Shown: piece after piece, positions 45,487-48,852 of the stretch
Layout: the number at the start of each line of letters is the position of its first letter
Numbering within the stretch: the stretch's first letter is position 1
Assembly: GCA_027625215.1 (NCBI GenBank)
Contig: JAQBWJ010000001.1
Location: 1-48,852, forward strand
Length of the DNA: 48,852 bases
DNA from: Candidatus Poribacteria bacterium
GTDB taxonomy: Bacteria > Poribacteria > WGA-4E > GCA-2687025
Direction: 5' to 3'
Position numbers and translations under genes: made by a program
The notes under the pieces: model-generated
What the model was told of the DNA's origin: nothing
The model's input: the letters and a program-made list of their open reading frames with translations, nothing else
Database searches by the model: none

Positions 45487-45941
45487 ACCTGAGCGTGCCT
45501 CACTTTCCACAGGAAGGGGCTCGCTCATGCCTTCCTGCCTGCGCGCGGATGGTGTTGGGATTCTACGGGATCGACACGGAGGAAGTCAGCCTCAGCCGAA
45601 TGCTGGGAAAGACGCCCGTCGGTACGGAGATGCTCAACATCGAGCTCCTCGAGAACGCCGATCTGGGCGTGCGTGTCGAGACTGGCATCCTGGATGCCGA
45701 AGCGGTTCGGGACTATCTGAACGCCAACGTTCCCGTCATCGTGATGCTCGGCACGGGTGCTCTCTCCTATTGGCAGTCCGACCGACCGCACGCGGTGGTC
45801 GTTGTCGGCTTCGACGACGCATCGATCTACGTCAACGATCCGAAGTTCTCCGATGCACCAAAGATTGTGGCGTGGGACGAGTTCCTTGCCGCATGGGATG
45901 TGTTCGATCGTTTTGGGGCGGTCATTCATCAAGACTCGTAA
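45483..45941 (+). CDS. Papain-fold cysteine peptidase, C39-like
   Basis: FPQEGARSCLPACARMVLGFYG (Gln and Cys), then RPHAVVVVGFDD (His and Asp). Confidence 0.6.
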   Translation: MNLSVPHFPQEGARSCLPACARMVLGFYGIDTEEVSLSRMLGKTPVGTEMLNIELLENADLGVRVETGILDAEAVRDYLNANVPVIVMLGTGALSYWQSDRPHAVVVVGFDDASIYVNDPKFSDAPKIVAWDEFLAAWDVFDRFGAVIHQDS

Positions 45942-45967
45942 GCGGGACATTCAGTGTCTCGCTTTTT
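45942..45967 (+). terminator. Intrinsic terminator candidate
   Basis: gcgggaca-ttcag-tgtctcgc (one G-U pair) followed by ttttt, directly after the stop at 45941. Confidence 0.6.
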
Positions 45968-46189
45968 CGATAGATCACATTCACACCGGCATCGCCCATC
46001 GAGACCGTTTCCGTTACGACATGGGCCCTCCGAAGAACGCCGTCGAAGTAAGATCATCAGAAGCACAAGCTGAGGCGGAGCTAACCGAGCGGTGGCGAAT
46101 GTGATTGCAAACCGTTCGACGCCGCAATATACTCTATATATGGAGTATTTCTGTGGGTTACATCTCGAACAGGTTCTTACAAAGCATTG

Positions 46190-46411
46190 TTATCGCTTGG
46201 TTGGGATGCCAGCGACCAATTCGCTTAGCGGCACACCTAGGGCAGCTGCGATCTTCGTCATGGTGCGGAGTGTGACATTCCTTTCTCCTCGCTCAACTCC
46301 TCCCACGTTACGGGGGTACAGATCTGCCCGACTGCCAAGCTCTGCCTGCGTAAGTCTCTGCGCTTTTCGAATCCGTCGCACGTTGTTTCCGAACACAACG
46401 AGATCATCCAT
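46190..46411 (-). CDS. XRE-family HTH regulator
   Basis: FGNNVRRIRKAQRLTQAELGSRADLYPRNVGGVERGERNVTLRTMTKIAAALGV. Confidence 0.85.
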   Translation of the reverse strand: MDDLVVFGNNVRRIRKAQRLTQAELGSRADLYPRNVGGVERGERNVTLRTMTKIAAALGVPLSELVAGIPTKR

Positions 46412-46489
46412 GCGACCCGTATTCTACCGAGCGACCTGTGGTGCGTCTACTCGCGCGTAGGACATGGGATCGGGAAGGAGAGCAGGTCG

Positions 46490-46518
46490 TTGACATTATG
46501 CAACTGTTTTGTTATAAT
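46490..46518 (+). promoter_or_regulatory. Consensus sigma-70-type promoter TTGACA-N17-TATAAT
   Basis: TTGACA at 46490-46495, a 17-nt spacer, and TATAAT at 46513-46518. Divergent from the XRE gene. Confidence 0.6.
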
Positions 46519-46713
46519 CCGGTCAGCATTCGGTGGAACCTTCCTTTTCGTTCCGCGCCACAATCAACCCTCTGAATCGACCATACAAACTCACCTACGA
46601 CGACAGACTGCTTACTGCTCGTCCGTCCGAACGGGGCAGACGACGTGATGCCCGTATTGCGCCTGTCGACCGAGACCATTTTCCGCAATCAGAGAAAAAC
46701 GAGGAGACTCGAT

Positions 46714-47619
46714 ATGTCCCGAATGATCGCGATGCTGATCGCCATCGGATTCGCCCTCCCACCCCTTGCGATGGGATCGGAAGGCGACGAGGTACGTGTG
46801 GCGTTCATCCGCGCCAAAGAGGACGAGCGCGGCGTGTTTCACGGCACGCTGTTCGTCAAAACCATCGGAGGAATCGAACGGCAGATCACGACCGGAGCGG
46901 TCAACGCCGGTGGACCGAGATGGTCACCCGACGGCACGAAGGTCGCGTTCAACGACTTCCACGTCGATACCAACGGCAGCGTCTTCGATGTTGCCTACGT
47001 TGCGGACTTGACCACAGGAACCGTCACATCGACGACGATCCACGGCAGTGTGACCGGCGTATCCGACGAACTCGTTTCGTTCACCTTCCACAAGGGAGCA
47101 ACGACATGGGTGGGAGTCGCCCGACACGACGGCTCTGAGCAAATCGACCTCGCGTCGGACGCGATGCACAGTTCGCTCTCGTCGGACGGTTCGCGTGTCC
47201 TGTTCCAGAGTCTCGAGGCGATTGAGATCATCAGCCACAACGGGACGGGTCGGCAGACGCTCGTACGAGACCCGCTGATCGCGCCTGTGCCGCCACGCTT
47301 CGCAGGAAACGACGAATACGTCGTCTACGAGGCATATCGCGGCGCGCCGGGTCGAGAAGAGTCGTTCGTCTTCGTCCGTCACATCGGAACCGGCGAGGCG
47401 ACAAACCTCGGTCAAGGTGGGTTCACGAACGTCGTTGGCGACTGGATCATCTTCGACAATGGACGTCAGTTCGCGGCTTCGCTGGATGACAAGACACGCT
47501 TCGAGCTCCCGTGGCGAGAGCGCGGCGCCGTTCACGGCGATCTCTCGACCTTCCAACCTCGCACCGTTTCACCGTTCAGCAAACTGCCGACAACGTGGGC
47601 GACAATGAAAATCCGATAA
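46714..47619 (+). CDS. Exported TolB-like beta-propeller protein
   Basis: The ATG at 46714 follows GAGGAG-N7. Signal peptide MSRMIAMLIAIGFALPPLAMG, then a PD40-like repeat GGPRWSPDGTKVAF. Confidence 0.7.
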   Translation: MSRMIAMLIAIGFALPPLAMGSEGDEVRVAFIRAKEDERGVFHGTLFVKTIGGIERQITTGAVNAGGPRWSPDGTKVAFNDFHVDTNGSVFDVAYVADLTTGTVTSTTIHGSVTGVSDELVSFTFHKGATTWVGVARHDGSEQIDLASDAMHSSLSSDGSRVLFQSLEAIEIISHNGTGRQTLVRDPLIAPVPPRFAGNDEYVVYEAYRGAPGREESFVFVRHIGTGEATNLGQGGFTNVVGDWIIFDNGRQFAASLDDKTRFELPWRERGAVHGDLSTFQPRTVSPFSKLPTTWATMKIR

Positions 47620-47643
47620 GGACGCCCGCACGGCTTATCCACA

Positions 47644-47681
47644 GGCGAGATGCAGACCTCTGTATCTCGCCCTTCTTTTTT
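47644..47681 (+). terminator. Rho-independent terminator
   Basis: A 12-bp stem ggcgagatgcag/ctgtatctcgcc (one G-U pair, 4-nt loop) followed by cttctttttt. Confidence 0.8.
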
Positions 47682-47696
47682 GTTATACTGAACCCA

Positions 47697-48852
47697 ATGA
47701 AGCGAACTTATCAAGACAAGTGGTTCTGGACCGCATTGGTACTTGGCATTCTCTTTTCCGCCCGCCTTCTGACCTACGCCCTCGCCCAAAACCAAAGTGG
47801 CTGGTCGCCTCCAACCGCGCCGCCCCCGTTTGGACAACCCGCCGCGCCGTTGGATGGAAGTAGTGCCCCGCAGAGCAAGTCGGGCAACCTGACTGTAGAA
47901 AACCTCATCTCCGAAAAAGACGTGATCGCAGGTCTCGAAGAAGGTAACAACCTACGGCTGCAAGCGGCGACCGGGCGGATACTGTTCGATCGCACCGGTG
48001 TCGGAGGCCCAACGGCGGCGATCTCCCTGCGACCGGATAAAAGCGGGAACTGGGTTCTACAAGCGACGCATGATGATAAGAACAGCGCCGGATGGTTCAC
48101 ACTCGGCAGCGGCGCTGGTGCTGCGACGGGCGCTGGTGCATTCTGGCGGGCGACGACCGGAGGAACACCGGGCATCATCTACGACGGGCGTGTCGGCGTC
48201 GGAACGGGCGCGCAGAACCTCGTCTCCACGCTCCATGTGAAGGCGGCTTCCGCAACATCCCCCGCGACGCAGGGATTGACGATCCAGGGACCGCAGGACG
48301 CCTTCCAATCACAATATGCGACCCGACTGTTCATGCAGGGGACGGACTTTCGTATCCTCCGCACGACACAAAGCGTTGATGACGGATTGACGATCCGCGC
48401 CGACGGCAGCCTCGTCGCCGGACGCGGCTTGCAGGTCAAAGGCGACTCGACCTTTGACGGTGCGGTCAAGATGACGAACATCACCCAGTTGAACCACTCC
48501 GTCGAACGCGCCCTCACACTGGACGCCAACGGAAATGTTCGGCTGGCGACGGTTTCGGGAGCCGGAGGGGGAGGCGGCGGCTCCTGCCCCGTCGTCGATC
48601 TGTACTATTTCGAGGAAACGAAGACGATCCCGCAGAGCGCCAGTGACGATGTGTCGGTCACGTACGTCAGTCACGTCGGGGTCGGTGCGGGTTCCGGTGG
48701 GACGTTCATCGGGAGCTTCTGTGCGGGCCCGACGCCTGACGAACGGTTCGATCAGCAACAACGGTACGAGAACCTTCGGTCAGTGCGCGAGCGCGCGGTC
48801 CAAGCGTTGGATGCGGCAGCGGCAGGTGGCCCGCAACCGTGGACGGTCGTCA
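47697..48852 (+). CDS. Partial ORF open to the window end: signal-anchored Gly-rich, tail-fibre-like protein
   Basis: Not in the track because it has no stop. It reads without a stop for 385 codons from the ATG at 47697 and has strong GC3 bias. N-terminal WFWTALVLGILFSARLLTYALA. GRVGVGTGAQNLVSTLHV resembles motifs in tail-fibre-like proteins. TATACT lies 7 nt upstream of the ATG, so the mRNA may be leaderless. Confidence 0.65.
   Translation, partial: MKRTYQDKWFWTALVLGILFSARLLTYALAQNQSGWSPPTAPPPFGQPAAPLDGSSAPQSKSGNLTVENLISEKDVIAGLEEGNNLRLQAATGRILFDRTGVGGPTAAISLRPDKSGNWVLQATHDDKNSAGWFTLGSGAGAATGAGAFWRATTGGTPGIIYDGRVGVGTGAQNLVSTLHVKAASATSPATQGLTIQGPQDAFQSQYATRLFMQGTDFRILRTTQSVDDGLTIRADGSLVAGRGLQVKGDSTFDGAVKMTNITQLNHSVERALTLDANGNVRLATVSGAGGGGGGSCPVVDLYYFEETKTIPQSASDDVSVTYVSHVGVGAGSGGTFIGSFCAGPTPDERFDQQQRYENLRSVRERAVQALDAAAAGGPQPWTVV

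Noticed and set aside
1-48852. tRNA, rRNA or tmRNA genes that could serve as integration targets.
   Set aside because: No T-loop-like GGTTCGAATCC-type motifs or rRNA-like stretches were noticed by eye. A covariance-model scan would be needed to be sure.

Overview
GC-rich bacterial window, with lower-GC islands at about 18.2-22.7 kb and 40.4-41.3 kb. Almost all of it reads as mobile or accessory DNA. All calls come from reading the sequence by eye, and coordinates are anchored to the ORF track. Family names are motif recognition, not database hits.

Main content, left to right:
- An 85-nt non-coding block at 1-85 recurs at 44085-44169. Each copy is followed by a conserved promoter-like block and a diverged paralogous gene, so about 44 kb is bracketed.
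- Toxin-antitoxin pairs: UPF0175, DUF433/DUF5615, two PIN pairs and an orphan antitoxin.
- A recombination module: Cas4-like nuclease, Rad52-like annealase and RadC.
- Two paralogous TraD/VirD4-like ATPases, one of them frameshifted, plus a Replication-relaxation protein.
- A minus-strand operon running XRE, DUF5659, P-loop protein, RuvC-like protein, SPPY methyltransferase, restriction endonuclease.
- A large serine recombinase with an odd C-terminal extension.
- A complete diversity-generating retroelement (Avd, TR, RT, VR). Its FGE-sulfatase/lectin-fold target is cut off from its VR by an in-frame TAG.
- A plasmid-type replicon: 8 iterons plus a Rep_3-like initiator and an AbiGi-like gene, bracketed by two minimal tyrosine recombinases.
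- A 13-kb cluster of exported caspase-like (C14) proteins with CsgG-like and PEGA modules and a 1564-aa PQQ-propeller protein. The cluster is hit by two IS3-family elements.
- A truncated IS66 transposase and an SPFH gene split by a 261-bp MITE with a perfect 8-bp target duplication.

No rRNA, tRNA or CRISPR array was recognised. Many long ORFs in the track are antisense shadows of these genes and were not called.
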